Source of the DNA: Perkinsus olseni | Lineage: Eukaryota | Direction: 5' to 3' | Assembly: GCA_013115125.1 (NCBI GenBank) | Contig: JABANN010000087.1 | Location: 1 to 64,000 of the forward strand | DNA: 64,000 nucleotides | In this document: one piece after another, positions 38,437 through 52,500 of the stretch | How positions within the stretch are numbered: the first letter of the stretch is position 1 | How the letters are laid out: each line of letters starts with the position of its first letter | Program-made: the position numbers and the translations under genes | The notes under the pieces: model-generated | The model's input: only the letters and a program-made list of their open reading frames with translations | Told to the model about the DNA's origin: nothing | Database searches by the model: none

Positions 38437-38733
38437 CATTGCAATGGAGCTGCTTGCCTCGACGAAAACCACATTTCCCTCACCTCAGAGGTGACACCTC
38501 TCTCTTACGGAGATGAGGCAGATCGCATACCACCATGCGGCATGGTCCATGCCTCACGCGGGTGGGCTCACCCTCAACTTCTATCGGCTTGAGCTACAGT
38601 AGGAGTTTATTCAGGATGAATTATTTTTCTCGATGTGGTATTATCTACGATAGTGGGCAGTGGGGAGACTCGCCCGTCTCCCTCTTTATTTTGCGTCAGC
38701 TATTACGCTTGCGCGCAGTGGTGGGCACGCGTT

Positions 38734-39052
38734 CCTGGTCGCGCCAAGCCGTCGCTATTCTTTCTTTCGCCCACCCAATGTTTGAGTCGTAAAAGGCTCC
38801 GTTAGTGCCTGGTCGCGCTAAGCCGTCGCTATTCTTTCTTTCGCACACCCAATGTATGAGTCGTAAAAGGCTCCGTTAGTGCCTGGTCGCGCTAAGCCGT
38901 CGCTATTCTTTCTTTCGCACACCCAATGTANNNNNNNNNNNNNNNNNNNNNNNNNNNNNNNNNNNNNNNNNNNNNNNNNNNNNNNNNNNNNNNNNNNNNN
39001 NNNNNNNNNNNNNNNNNNNNNNNNNNNNNATGAGTCGTAAAAGGCTCCGTTA
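38734..39052. repeat. 74-bp tandem repeat array spanning an assembly gap
   Basis: Units start at 38734, 38808 and 38882 (CCTGGTCGCGCTAAGCCGTCGCTATTCTTTCTTTCGCACACCCAATGTATGAGTCGTAAAAGGCTCCGTTAGTG). The repeat resumes after the N run. Confidence 0.95.
38931..39029. other. Assembly gap (99 N)
   Basis: Run of N in the sequence. Confidence 1.
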
Positions 39053-40355
39053 CTATCAAGCCTATGCCTAAGTAGTTGATTACTGATTTGGAGACCCCAT
39101 GTCTTACTCCGGAGGGTCGCGTTCATGGGGCGGGGCAGGTCAAACTCTTACACACGACACGCGACCAGTGTTGAGGCGGTTTCACACTGAGGGGGCTATC
39201 TATTAGTCGAATTAAGACCAGGTGCCAAAAGAATGACCCTCAAGTAGCTGAGTTGCGATTTGGCTCCTTGACCTCGCATATGATAGCTTGACTACGCAGC
39301 ATATTATATGCTTGTCTTCCAAGTTAGTGAACCAAGTGGCGCCAGGGTTTTACAATGTAGCTCTCGGCAAAGAAAATTCGGCCTCCACTCGGCGCTCAGT
39401 AACACTGTTACTGTTACTAACAGCATACCCAACATCGGAGTAGTCGACCAGGCTTATCTCAGTTTCCGAACGGAGTCTCCGTTGTGGCTGAAAATCAGCG
39501 GCTTATGAGTGTAATAAACGGGCTAACTATCAGCCTGCTACTTGACTCGCTGACAGCGAGTCCTAATGAAATGGTGCAGTCGTCGAGTCAGGCAGATGGT
39601 GATGAAATCGTTCGCGTTTTTGGGCCTCCGATTCCGGCAGTAGCGGCTTTTTGAAGATACACTATTCCGGCCCGACGTGAGCTGGTCGGTTAGTTTGATC
39701 GATTATAGTTTCAGGGAAGCGTTGAATTTAGCGTTAACATCCATCTTTACAGGTCAACGGGACGTAACTTCATCGGTCGAATGCCGATGTAACTCACAAC
39801 TTCTCAACTGATGCTTCGGGTGCAGTGATTTACATTCCGGTCAGGTGTGATTGACCAAGGATGAGTTTCAGTTCTCAACCCCTACGCCCAAGTTCGAGAA
39901 TTCCACTTCGCTCCGAATAATGGACTCAATACCGCGAATAATTATTCCTATTCTTTCCCTGGATGGTCTGTTTGATGCTTGGTCAATCCCACGATCAATG
40001 ATCCTCGTTCAGTGTGTGTGAGGGAGTCTGAAGTCCAACGCCGACAGTACGGCTTAGTTAGACGAGCACCGGTGTACTATTCAGCAACGATTAGTAACGA
40101 TCTTTCAGTACCATTCGAATGTACCGAGCGTTCAGTAATGAGTACTCGGAGTCGTTGAAGACTACCTGCAACATCACCTGTGTTCGCACGCAAAAGCAAA
40201 ATGTGGACACAAAAATGTGTTCTGGGCCCACGCATGCTATGCCGCTGTCCCGTACTTCGCCGCATGATCTCGGATGGCAGATCTACCTTTTTCGAAAAAA
40301 TGGTAAACAAGTAATCCGCGGAACACAGTGCACTGGGCGTAACCGTCTCTCGCTT

Positions 40356-40411
40356 CATGTCGTCCCCGGCTCTGGTGTTGGTCCATGTCGCCCCCGGCTC
40401 TGGTGTTGGTC
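40356..40411. repeat. 28-bp direct tandem duplication
   Basis: CATGTCGTCCCCGGCTCTGGTGTTGGTC followed by CATGTCGCCCCCGGCTCTGGTGTTGGTC (1 mismatch). Confidence 0.85.
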
Positions 40412-40475
40412 AACGTCAATAGGTCAATGACTCATTGACCTCAGCACAAGCTATAAACTAGAAGGCACGAAACAA

Positions 40476-43400
40476 TTATTGTAAATCTATAACAGGACAC
40501 TGTCTGATAAAACTGAATCCGTCATTATCCTTCGCGACACGATAGTAGTAATCACACGGATGAGTTGGCCCCGTCACGAGCTTCCGGACGAACTCTTCGT
40601 CATGGGTGATGAGAAGCAGTTGGAAGTTGGAGCTATTCCGCCGGGCCTCGATAAGATCAGCGAGCGCATCAGCCTGAAAGACATTCGACACTGCCGCCAT
40701 TTCGAAATTTCCACCACCCACCAGCCCCTCGATGTTGGTTGAGTCCAAGTTGGTCGTTGGCTCGTCCAGCGCCAAGATACCACAGTTGCAGCAGAAACTC
40801 TCCGCCAGTGCCAAGCGAATTATCAAAGATGCAAGCACTCGCTGCCCAGCGGAGCATCGCCCTCTCATGTCCACTTCAACTCCCTGACAGGTCATCACCT
40901 GAAGATAGCGATTTTTCATACACGTTGTGCCCAGTGAGCACCTTACAACTCTATAATTATAGCTTCGGAGCCTGGTGGCACTGGTGACACTTGCGGCGCC
41001 ATCCTCAGTGTCAGAGCGAATAGCTATGTAATCAATATCTCGGCCTCGATAAACCTCGGGAAATTCCCAATCATGGGAGTTGATGCAACTCGTAGTTTCA
41101 CGCCTACCTGCTGCCATAGCTCTCTGATGACTCTGTTGATCTCCATCATTTTGGAGACATGGTACCTGACAGCGCGTTAACATCCACATGAGAATATGCG
41201 CGGATGGAGAAGGTGGCCTCCGTTAGATTTCGTAGAGAAGGACAGAACATCCACAGGTAGATTCGAGGAGAGTAAACCAAGCGTGAAATTTTCTTGACTG
41301 GAAGCATCAAATAATCCACGTGATACTGGTAGAGTGAACTGCGTCCGCACTCGTCAAGGCAGTTGCCGTGAACGTACCGCATCAGAGCTTTGTCCAGCGC
41401 AGAATGATAGCGCGACAGATCGTGAGTCGCCATAGCAGACACCTCATGTTGGATGAGGGCGGAGCGGTGACGGTCGTCGATGTTTTTGTAGAGGGAGCCT
41501 GATCTCAAGAACTGCGCTCCCTTACAGTGAAGACCACCCCTACTGTCTAGCTGATGAGAAACGGCTTGCTGCTGCTCAACCAGTTGCGATACTTTCCCCT
41601 CAAGCCTGGATTTCTGTTCTCGCAGTTCCTAGAAATTGGGAACTGACCTTCTTTCTCGACAACCAACCCACCCACCACGACCACAGACCGCAATTCTTCG
41701 ACTTGTCGCGCCTTCCCTGCGTGATCGGCTACACCCAGTTCTTGTTGCAGTGCCTCTACGTCCTTCCCGAAAGTCGATAGCTCCCGCTGCAGCGACTTGA
41801 GCTGAATCAACCCTCACCATTCGCTGACGGTGGAGCGTCCCAAGCAGTCCACCTTAATATTTTGCACAAGCTCTTCGCGGCATTTCTCCTTGTCTCGGAG
41901 TTCCTCTTCGCATTGGCCCCTCTTTGTGCGAAGTGTCTCTACCGTATCTATGGCGCTTCGCTCCGCCGACTCTGCCTCTGCGAATTTGCGTTGAATCTCC
42001 GACGAATTCTGAGGTTGGTGGTTATCAAGCCGAAGAAGAGCTCAAAACTCAGAGCCAGAACGGGAGACTCACCCGCGCCTTCTCTTTCAAGGCCGAGATT
42101 GAGTTGACAAGCTGCCTCGAACTCTCCATCTGCTGCTGCACCTACAGGGCTACCTTATTGCGGGCCCGAACCTTCAACCCTCCCTCACTTCTCGAACCCG
42201 CTGCTCTTTGCCTTCAACCACCTCCCGAGAAGCGTTCCGGACTTCACCGCGCTTGCGACGGCACGAGTCCAGTTCCTCGTTGAGCGAAGCCTAAGCTCCC
42301 TAGGATTCAGTTCTGTAATGTCGAGAAACACTCACCAGTCTTGCTCGGCAATCCCCCGCTTGCTCATCAAGTTTTCGGAATTCCTCTGTAGCTCTCGCTC
42401 CCTCCTCTTCCGCCTCTCGTACACGGGTTAGACGATCGCGGAGAGAAGCTAGCTTTCCCTGAGCCAGAACAACGAGTGCGGGAGCTCTGCCACAGCGCGG
42501 CTATGCACATAAGCATCTTGAGCCACCTCTAAGTCTAGGCGAAGGATCACGGGTAGGATGATGATATCAAGAGGGCGCGGCATGGTCCACCCACTTTCAG
42601 CTTCTCGTTTTCTACGAGTGACCTGCTATTCCCTTCAACTAGCTGGTCCTTCTCGTCCCTCAATCTTTTCTCTTCCTCATCTAGCTGTGCCATTCGCTGT
42701 TGCGCGGCGTCCACCTTTCGTCGCTCGTCTACAAGGTTCGACCCTAGCATCCGAGAAAACACATACACGAACGGAGCGCTGAGCGCTGAGCGCTCACCCG
42801 CAGCGGAAAGTCCTTGCAGCTTCGACCTTGCTCCCTGCAGCGCTCTCTCTGCTGCGTCCAGTTGATTGGCCGTCGATGCAAGTCGGGCTGCTGCGGATTG
42901 TAGTGACGAAAGAGATGTCAACTAAGCGGCACAGAGGATGAGTTTTCCGGACAAGAGGCTTCTTCTGCCTGACGAAGGCATTGTCCCAACCCAGACGGCG
43001 CGAGGGTCAGGACACGGAGGCAGGAGAGATACTTTCTCTTGTCATAAGCAAAAGCACCAGCGGCAATCATACACGAGTACATTTACAGATTTTTTTCGAT
43101 TCGAAAAAATCTGTAAATGTACTCGTGTATGATTTTCGAAAATTTCGAATATTCGAGGATCCTGCACAATCGCCAAAACATACCTCCTTCTCTGCAGCTG
43201 ACAGTCGACCTGACGACCTATCCGTGTCCATCTCAATCTGCATGAGACTCGACTCTGCCTCGCGTAACTAACAAAATTGTATCGTAGTAGTGGACAGTGG
43301 TAATACTCACTCGTTCTTTGATACCCGGAATGGCTTCCGACTGTAATTTCTCCAGCGCGGCCCAATCGGGAAGGAGGGCTTGCGCGGCTGAAGTTGAGAA

Positions 43401-46400
43401 GCAATCTTGCAGGACTATACATTGACACAACGTAGAGTGCCAAGAACAAGCTAGTAATCCGATTCGAGAACCCTCCTCCGCTGAAGAGCCTCCAGCTCGA
43501 TCTGATTCGCTCTCGGCGCCTCTCCCGGATCATTTAGATGCGTAGCGCGAAAGAATCCCGAGATTACTCACCTTCCACCTCATTCTTGGCCTCCTCTATC
43601 ATGCGAGATCGAGTCGCTAACATATCCGGTACTCGCTCCACAAACTTCTCGACTGTTGCGTTGAGGTCGTCAACGACAGTCTGTGACGACAAGTCCCTCT
43701 TACACAACTGGCATTTGTGCCGCTTCAGCGAGCGTGCTTGAATAGATTTGTACCTGCCCGCCGACGGCCTTCCACTGTTCCGGCTCGAAGACACCTTACA
43801 GTTCTGAGCCCGCCTCTACCAAGTGGTACTCCTTCTGGTTCTCCTCCAAGGCACTCTGTGCAGACTTATAGAATTCTCGAACGTTACCAAATTCTCGACA
43901 CCGATCTGAAGTCAACGACCATCCACATCGAGTCTATCCGCTGCAAGATTCAGATAGGAGAAACGCCATGGATCCGCCGTCACAGTAACAGCACTACATA
44001 TGATCCAGCAGGTCCGGCATATTCGCTCACCTTGATAAAAACTCAGCTGACCCTCCGAATCCTCTAGCTGCTTCCTCTCGAGTTCTACTTTAGCCGACGC
44101 CGCTGCCTTCCGCGACATCAGCTGAGATGAATTCGCTTCAAATTACCGAGCGTGATGCGTTGAACTCACTTCTCTCTGCCTGGCCCCGGCGGAATCCTTT
44201 TGGGACCGAGCAGCATCGATGGAACGCTGCAGAGTTTGTTCAGCGTTGGCAGGACTGAGACATGATAGGAGACCTTCCGCCCAGCTGCTCGCTGAGCACT
44301 CCCTAACGCTCTGCTATGTTACTTGGTGAGTGCGAGCTACGTGATGACGGGACACGAAAGCCACGGCTAAACGCGACTCCTTACTTGGTTGAGTCCAGGC
44401 CAGGGTTTTCCGCTATGATCTTCTGCATCGCTGACCGGAGGTTCTCCACATTACGGCTGAGAACCTGATTACCCGCGTCCTGTTTAAGATACATCACAGA
44501 GGTTCGAAGAGATAATTTGTTTGTACGTGGAATCATCATCACATTCAGCGCTTACTTCTGCCTCTGCTGCTGCCCCGCTGTCTTTGTTCAGCCTCTGAAC
44601 GGCTTCCAGTGCCCGAGCCAACTATCATGGAAGAACCCAGACTCTTCAAACTCATAAACTTCAATACGGTCACGGAAGAATTATGAGGCTGTTAGATCGC
44701 ACGACGGCCACGAACGAGCGAAAAACCCTAACACTCACGTGCCTACTTCACGCTGATTATCGCTCTTCTCCTTCAACAATTGCCCGATTGCTTGCTCAAT
44801 CTCCTCAAGACGATTCAAATCCGTCGAGCTCTCGTTCGCGGCACTGAGTTGACGCTCCGCATCAGCGATCTCTCTTTCGGTTTCTGAAGACGGATCAGCA
44901 TGCCTCCCTCTCCACTCTTGATTCCTTCTGACTAGCCAACTATTTGGCCCCACTAGCCGGCCATTCAAGGACTCGGCTCTGCTTGACCCGGTGGGCCTAC
45001 CTCTAGCGTCTGAGGCCATTTGGCTAGCGTTATCCCTTGTCCGCGCGAGATTGGACTTCTTGAACTCAAGGCTGTGTAGCAGTTGTCGCTGTTCTTGACA
45101 GAGCGATTCACTTCGTACTGAGAAGAAAGGTCACTGTCGGCCACAGAAGATGGAGATCGAAATGGGGTTCTCACTAGGTTATGACTAGTCTCGATAACTT
45201 CGAAGGAACACTGCACGTCACTCCCGGGACACGAGAAAAGGAGTAAGTGGTGCACAGCCGGCGTATCACACGGTGGGATATCTTTGCAAGTTGTAATTTA
45301 CAACACGACTACCCCCTCACCTAGCTCCTGTTCAGCCTGTTCCTCTTCCGCCCGCTGAGCTTCAAGAGCTTTCCGCGATTCTGCAACTCGTTCCACCATG
45401 GATGCTTGAAGACTGCTAAGCAGTGAATCTACACAAGATCGACATCCTACATAAAACCGGAACCACGATAGATATATTCCAAATGAACGAGACAAGGAGC
45501 GATTTGATGACCACGCTTGGCAGTGTTGAACACCGAGGACAACTCAGCAGTTTCAACTCTACGACAGCGTCTGGAAGCGTTTCGTAGAAGATCAAATACC
45601 GAAGTGGTTCAGAAACTGTTCCTTCCGAGCAAGTCCGATATGTATGCTGAACGATGAGCATACACCAGGCACTAGCAGTCGGGGTATCATATAACAATGA
45701 ATTGGACAAAATACGAGTGAGACACCAATTAGTGCTGATCCTCCCAATGCCAGTGTTGATGTGAGATTCTGGGATACCAATCCCCAAGTATCGAGCATGA
45801 TCGAGGACGCACCAGGGCCCATCAAGCTGTATCAGCCCATGTTCTACGTACCTACTACGTTACACTACGTACTGCCGTACGTTTACTGCCGTTCGAATGG
45901 GCCTATGAAATCCATGCCAAGGATCTCCCGAGGTCACGCACTGCGAGAAAGCTACTTGCGAAGAATATGCCTTCTTACCCTTCTACCCCTTTGCGCTAGG
46001 TAGAAACAGCAGGCATTCTGTACTCGAAGAGGGTGCGCATGATATCGACAGCATAATCAGCTATGGTGCTGTGATACGGTTTGTGTGCTCCGAGATGGCC
46101 GAAAAGCTTGGGTAGTCGATGAACTACCTCGTTTGACTTGTTTGTGGGCACCACCAAGCCACCGGTGATCTTGTTGATAACTAAGTCCTCCAGTTATTAA
46201 GTATTTCTTCTCTACTAACTCACTGAACTACACTGAGTCTGGAGCCCAGACTTCGGGATCCACTGGGACTAGTGAATCCGATGAGTGACTCACGATCGCT
46301 GAGGCACGCGGCAAAAATCCGCGGTTTGGTTCACAGAATGATCAGAGCCATGTAGACTCTATATTGTGAAGCATTAGAGACGAGGAAGATAAACATCCGA

Positions 46401-49352
46401 AATACGATATGTTCAAATGTATCAATTTTGTTGGTCGGTCGGGAAAGAACCTCACTCGACCATGGCATTGTAGCAGGCAGGTGGCACTTCTCATCAGCCC
46501 GCGTAGAGTGGGCTGTACACGTTTACCTTGTGTAGTATTTTCATCAACTAGTCCATCACCCTTCAACTGCAGTAGCTTGGCGTCGAGCTCTTGCTGCCTC
46601 ATAATCAGCAAGTCATGAGCATTGGCAGCTTCTCCCGCATCAGTTCGCATTGCTCGAGTTTGTGCCTGCATTGGGTAGAGTATTAACGGCAGGTGTTCCG
46701 CTCCCTTGAGGGTTGTCAGACATTGACTAAAAGGGTGCACGCATGCACACTGAGATTGGGAGATAGACACAATAAGACATTCCTCTAACAGAGCCTCCAC
46801 AGGCAAAGCCTTCATTGCTGTCGAGCGCGGAACCGGAAAGTTACTCAACGATTGAACATCCAATAGGCCACCATCAGGTTGTTATCGAAGGAGTCAATCC
46901 GCCCCGGGGGCGAATCGCTCGACAAGCTCGAGTTACCTGTCGTTGTTTGGCTGCTTCCATCCCTTGTTCAAGATCTCTTTGCGAGTCCTCCACTACCCGC
47001 CTCAATCCAGCCATGACCTGAATTGACCATTTCGAACAAAATGGAGAGTTTCGACGCCAACCTGGTCGGATAGCTCGTTGTCGAGTGTTGCCTCTAGGAC
47101 GTCGAGAGAGTCATCGAAAATTCGGGGGAGAGAATTCTCCAAGGAAGTGACATCATTCTGCAACCGCTGCATGATGGCCTGAGATGAAGCCCTGAACTGA
47201 AAGCTCAGCTACGTTGAGTGGTCATCTTCAACAGTAATCATGATGGCGTAAGTATGGCACATATCCACGGAGATGGTTCTCCATCGATATCCGCTTCACA
47301 CATCGGCCCACGTGTTATCGAGCATCTTCTTAGGTAAGACAGCAGCAAAGCCAAGTCTCTCATCAGATAATGGAGACTTCTTATCCCGAAACGTGCCCAC
47401 TCAAAAGCGAACTTTACCTTCTTTTCAGCCAGTTTAACTTGTGCGTCTCTAGTTTTAGCGTCTTCTGCGATAGCTTCACGAAGTTCCGCCTGCGTTGAAG
47501 AAATCCTTGGAAAAGTGCGGTAGGAGCATATACCTCAGCATGATCGACCCTTGTGTTCATGTGCTCAACTTCGTCACATAGGCGACCTTCCTCTTGGGAT
47601 AAATTCTCCAGTTGAGCTTTCAGACTGCGGGCGCCCTCGTAATCCTGCCAGAGTCAAAGTTTTTCGATCTGGCAGTAATTTACAGCGAATAATCAACAAC
47701 GAACAAGGGGCATCTCACAGGCTGGGCGGATGCTTTACCACTAAGGGATTCAACGACGCTAATACGGGATGCGTTCCCCACTTTCCCAAGCATCTCCAGC
47801 AGGTGTTTCTTATCCTTGGTCTCCGCCATCAGCTCCTTCCTGCATTTTTCGATCGATTCGAGGGCTTTCGTATACCTGCGAACACTGATGCATCTACCCA
47901 AGAAACACATCAGATGGATCGCGTAGTGAGATCCATGTCTGGCAAAGCCGCGAGACTCCGGCGCCACCCGAAAAGTCCTCACAACGAGGCCGAGCAGAGC
48001 TCATAGTGTGCAATGGATTCAGCACCAACCGGGGTGCAAGCCTTTGAGACTGGCCGAACCTCCCGAATATCTACGCTATGAATGGTCAAGACTTTCACCT
48101 GGCCGATCCAAATATGTCATCGAACTTCTTCTTCAAAGCCGCCTTGTCTGACAGTGGCCAGTTGCTATCCTCTTGATGACAGAAAATAACACTTTCCAAA
48201 ACCTGGCGAGTAACAGATGTCCCATCACTGGGAAGGGTCCCTTCCCGGCGTACCGCTTTGGGTACGCCCATTAGCTGTGGAATGAGAACGTCCATATCAG
48301 CACACTTCTTAGTGATGGTCTGCGTTGGCGCGCCATTCTCTCCTTTGACTCTGAAATGATGAACAGCACTTTTGGGGTACTACATCCGACCCGGCTTCTG
48401 TGCGAAGAGAGTATGGTAGGACATCGCAAGCTCATGATATTCAAGTGCCGCTGAACCATCAAACTCAGTCAATGTCCTCACGCGATAATTTCGCATAATC
48501 TCAGAAAACCCTGTAGTTCCATCTGAAAGAATCCAGCTAGCCGATTTGTATCACTCTATCATGACCAAGCAAACTCTGCGATAGTGCTCCTCAGTCAATC
48601 AACCCACCAGGCCGTTACTCTTAAAGCACCGGTTTCCGTTTCTCTAAGTAAAGCAGCCTGACTCACTTGATGAGGCTCTCTAGCTGCTTGAACGTGGTTT
48701 TCAATACCCCCGCTCGATTCCGCTGGTTAGTCAGCTGGAATATCCTTGACATCACAACCTACGCCAGAAAAAAACTTCCCTCACCGCGATCATGGACCGA
48801 GACTCGCACCTGCTTCCCCGCGGCAGAACGGAACATGAGCTTAATCTGCCCCTTAACCTCCGGCACTCCGGCAACATTCGGGTCGAAGACAAACCTGCAG
48901 CCGGTACTATAAACTCGGATGAACTCCCAAGGCGATACCCGTGGCCCTTGTCGCAGTTAGGCGGCAAGACTCCCGTTGTAGCCATCTTGAGGCACTCTAT
49001 TACTGTGGTCTTCCCTGAAGCAATCGAAAGCACTCCTAATCCGACCGCAGCGCGCGATAGTCGCCCTTGAGACTGATTTGATATTTCTCGCACGTGATCT
49101 ACTCCCTCAATTTCTGAATGAATCTGCTATGACCTCCGCCGAAGAAATTCTCAGAGACTTTCAGATACTGACCAACACGGCAGTCCAGCGTTCATTCCGT
49201 AGGGAAGTATGCGTTCGTCAGCCAGAAAACGCCGTACCTGCCCCATTGTGGCCCACGATTAGCGTGACAGGCTTCTCGAATTCAATGGCTTCGATCCTCT
49301 CCGAAGAGAATGATCTGATACCCTGAATGCCGAGCTTGTTCAACGTAGTCAT
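40476..49352 (-). CDS. RAD50: DNA repair protein RAD50 (many exons)
   Basis: [35 protein letters not shown] (Walker A), [13 protein letters not shown], coiled coils, zinc hook HKCQLCKR, signature [23 protein letters not shown], Walker [12 protein letters not shown], and LITHDEEFV. Confidence 0.97.
43065..43134. repeat. ~70-bp near-perfect palindrome in a RAD50 intron
   Basis: AATCATACACGAGTACATTTACAGA-T7-CGA-T-TCG-A6-TCTGTAAATGTACTCGTGTATGATT. The arms pair completely apart from one bulged T. Confidence 0.95.
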
Positions 49353-49599
49353 CAGGGACCAACAGACCAACAGCCTCGTAGCGCAAGCCGGCTACAAACA
49401 AACTACAGCGCGATGGAAATATTCGCCCAAGCCTGGGTGACTATGTACATCTTCACAGTTCTACTAAACCCACCAAGACAAAACGACAATTGTAACGCAA
49501 GATTATTAGTTCACGAGTCTATACCAAACTTATACCAACTCCAATCAATACGGGTCATCTCGCTCGATCAAGCTACACGTAATGGCGTCAACATTCGCT

Positions 49600-52500
49600 A
49601 TACTCTTGCGCAAGTTATTGAAACTTCCGCCACAACCTGAGTGGGAATTTCTGTGATATATGCGGTCATCAGAATCGTTAGCCCGTCAGGGGCCTTATCA
49701 ATAGTCCGCTGCGAAGATACCAAGAAGTACTGCGGCTCTGGTGGAGCCTTGATCGCGTATTAACCTCCCAACTCAAAGCCACGGTCATGGTAGGAACTTC
49801 TATGGCGGGCAGGGACCCCAATGATCCATCCTACGCGGCAATCTCCACTTTGTTCGGCTTTCTCCGCTTGGACAGCCCTTCCGAGACACCATCGCTCAAG
49901 GGTCTTTTCCTACACACTGGAGAAATTTGCCAACCCAGACGACATATTCGATGAGCCCCTCGAGCGCTTCCCAACGCAGGGGGTGTCCCGAGGCGTGAGG
50001 AGTCGTTCTTACTCTGGTAAATTTGTGGTCTGTTGCTGTCCGCGAGAAACCGTGAAGAGCTCGGGATGGTCCTCCTCGCTCATGCTGAGAACACAAGTTG
50101 CACTTCAAGCGAGCGGACCACGCACTCTACTTCGGGTCCTCGAGAAGAACAATCTGAGTACTCCACGACTGCATATCGTCGGTGGCGTCAATGAGACTTC
50201 CCGGCTCCTAAACAGTAGTCATAGGGCAACAAAGGCAAATCACCTTCACTCACGATGTCCCATTGCTTCAGCGACCACTCCGGATGCAAACCCTCATCTT
50301 CGTCGTCTTCATCCTCGTCAGTTGTGACCTCGTATATCACATTGCCTGATGAAATGATAAATACCGGCCCAGGCCGAACGCCGCACGGCCGGAAGCTTCC
50401 ATGATCACCTTGGAAGACCAAAAAGGGTGCGGAGGCACCCAGCTCCTTTTTCAGCACTTTATTCACGAAGTCTTGTACAGTCCACTTCCTGAGGAGCACC
50501 ATCTCCGTCGCTGCCGGAACGACATGACTGACGGGAAGCTTACTCCAGATCGTTGAGGGTTACTGTCACCCATGAACTCTGGCATACGTAGCAATCCGGG
50601 TTCGGCGGTAAGAATGGGTCGGGGACAAGGATACTCTTGCCAGCAGGGTTAGGGTACCTGAAACCTCGTGAGTGGAACTCGACCAACATAGCTTGCGAAG
50701 CAGGTCTTACTTGATCCAAACATTGGTTGCACCTGAATCGCGCAAGCTGAATTTCCTGGAAGAATCTTTCTCACAGCGAAGGATTTCTCGGAGAATCACA
50801 AGCAGGTTGGTACACTGTAAGCCCGCTACGATGCAGTTGGTGGTCGCAACTGCAGGAACCTGAATTGATTTTCGAGTGAACCACGAGAAAGAGAGCCGAG
50901 CTGAAAAACTCAGCCGAGACCAGGCGACCTACGATGGCGCCGGCAATAGACTCGACTGACCACCGGCTCTGCAACGGTATGTGGTAGTTGTGCATTCTCA
51001 GATTCGATGCGGCGCAGACGAAATCGACAGCCATCTTGTCGTCTTTGCTGAATGCCATGGTACCTATGATAGTAGTATCATAAAAATAGCAATATCTTTT
51101 GAAAAGCTGACATGAATATACAAAATAAAAAGTACATGAGCAACTAGATAATGATATTTTACGATACTGAAACAATCGTGGAAAGATTTTACAATTCACT
51201 TCCAGAAGATGAAGCGAGCGTCTTGGACATCACCTACCAAATTCTATTCGATGGACTCACCTATCTCTTCTCTCCTTTGCGAGAATATACGGCTAACCGT
51301 ATCCACAAATAATTTCGCTTGAGTTGCTACTGACCAGACCGCCTGTACCTGGAAAGCAGGAGAGTCCATGTCACACAAAACTAAATCCAAGCGGTAGCAG
51401 GTTGTCCGCCTGAAAGGACGCCTACATCTGTATCTTCTTCAGATTTCGCGGCGACCGCCTCCTCGAAGCTCACCGGCACCGGGGCCTCCCGCTTCCCATC
51501 GGCCCAGAGGTTCGTCAGTTTTAGTTGGGACCTACCACGGACCGGAGATGCCCCATCAAACGCAGCTTCGAGCTGCCGGCCGCGTCGGACCGAAATGACA
51601 GACCTGTTCGAGATCGGAGCACCCTACACCTCTTACTTTATGTCATTGCAGAAGAGATGATTGAAGATGGCCACGGCTTCTCGTCTAACCTCATCCTCCT
51701 TCGCAGAAGAACCGTTCTCTGAAAGCATCAGAGAGCGCTTGCCAGAACCACGAGTACTCAACATCGTCAGCCCACACACGGAACGACTTTCGAAAGCACA
51801 GGTACACGGGCACCTCCCAACGCTCACCGGAGGAGCGTAGCTTGTTGAGCGGCTCCTTTAAATCGGCCAGCACGCTGTTATCATCCTCTATGCCGAACAT
51901 CAGCTCGAACCTATCGCGTTGACCATGAGTGACCTCTCGCCGCAAGGAGCCGCCTTTTACAGTAATTTCGCCCATTGTATGCAGTGCACCGGTGTGGACG
52001 GCGTTGATCGGATAGTGCAGACTGGGTATACCTTCGGAGCAGCCTTGCTCGTGCCTGAAGGAGTCAAATATGGGACTAACGAGTGGCTCGTCACGATTCG
52101 TGGAAGCCAAAAAACCCAAGGAGGGCGGTACATCTAAAAAGAATAAGGCGACGCTTGTAAAACAGAGGCATGCGCTCCAGGCGCTGAGCTGAGGATCTGA
52201 TAATATCGAGAATGAGGTCCCTTTCTCCCGGGAGTTAGCATTGATTTGCCCATATATGGAGGTATCGGTTATCCACAACTTTCAATACTAATAAGAGCAA
52301 TCGCAAGTCTGTGACCCCAGCACAGAGCTCGAGCGCATCGTATATATGACCGAGTGGCCGAGTGGCAGCAGCTGATAGCGCTTGCTGCCAGAGTCACGAG
52401 GAAGTCCCTCTTCGGAACTCACATTCGTAGCACTGGCTCTGCTGCGGATAGATAACAGTACACTGACCAGTGAATCCAGTGGTACCTAGCATCGAGAAGC

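Noticed and set aside
38734..39052. CRISPR array
   Set aside because: The units are contiguous and near-identical over all 74 bp, with no unique spacers. There are no cas genes and the context is eukaryotic.
45845..45895. TAC/GTA-rich quasi-repeat (also 7385-7435)
   Set aside because: Short degenerate low-complexity intronic sequence with no defined unit or termini.
48978..48989. Match to the Perkinsus/dinoflagellate spliced-leader core (GTAGCCATCTTG)
   Set aside because: It is only 12 nt, it is the antisense of RAD50 codons (LKMAT), and the rest of the leader is absent.
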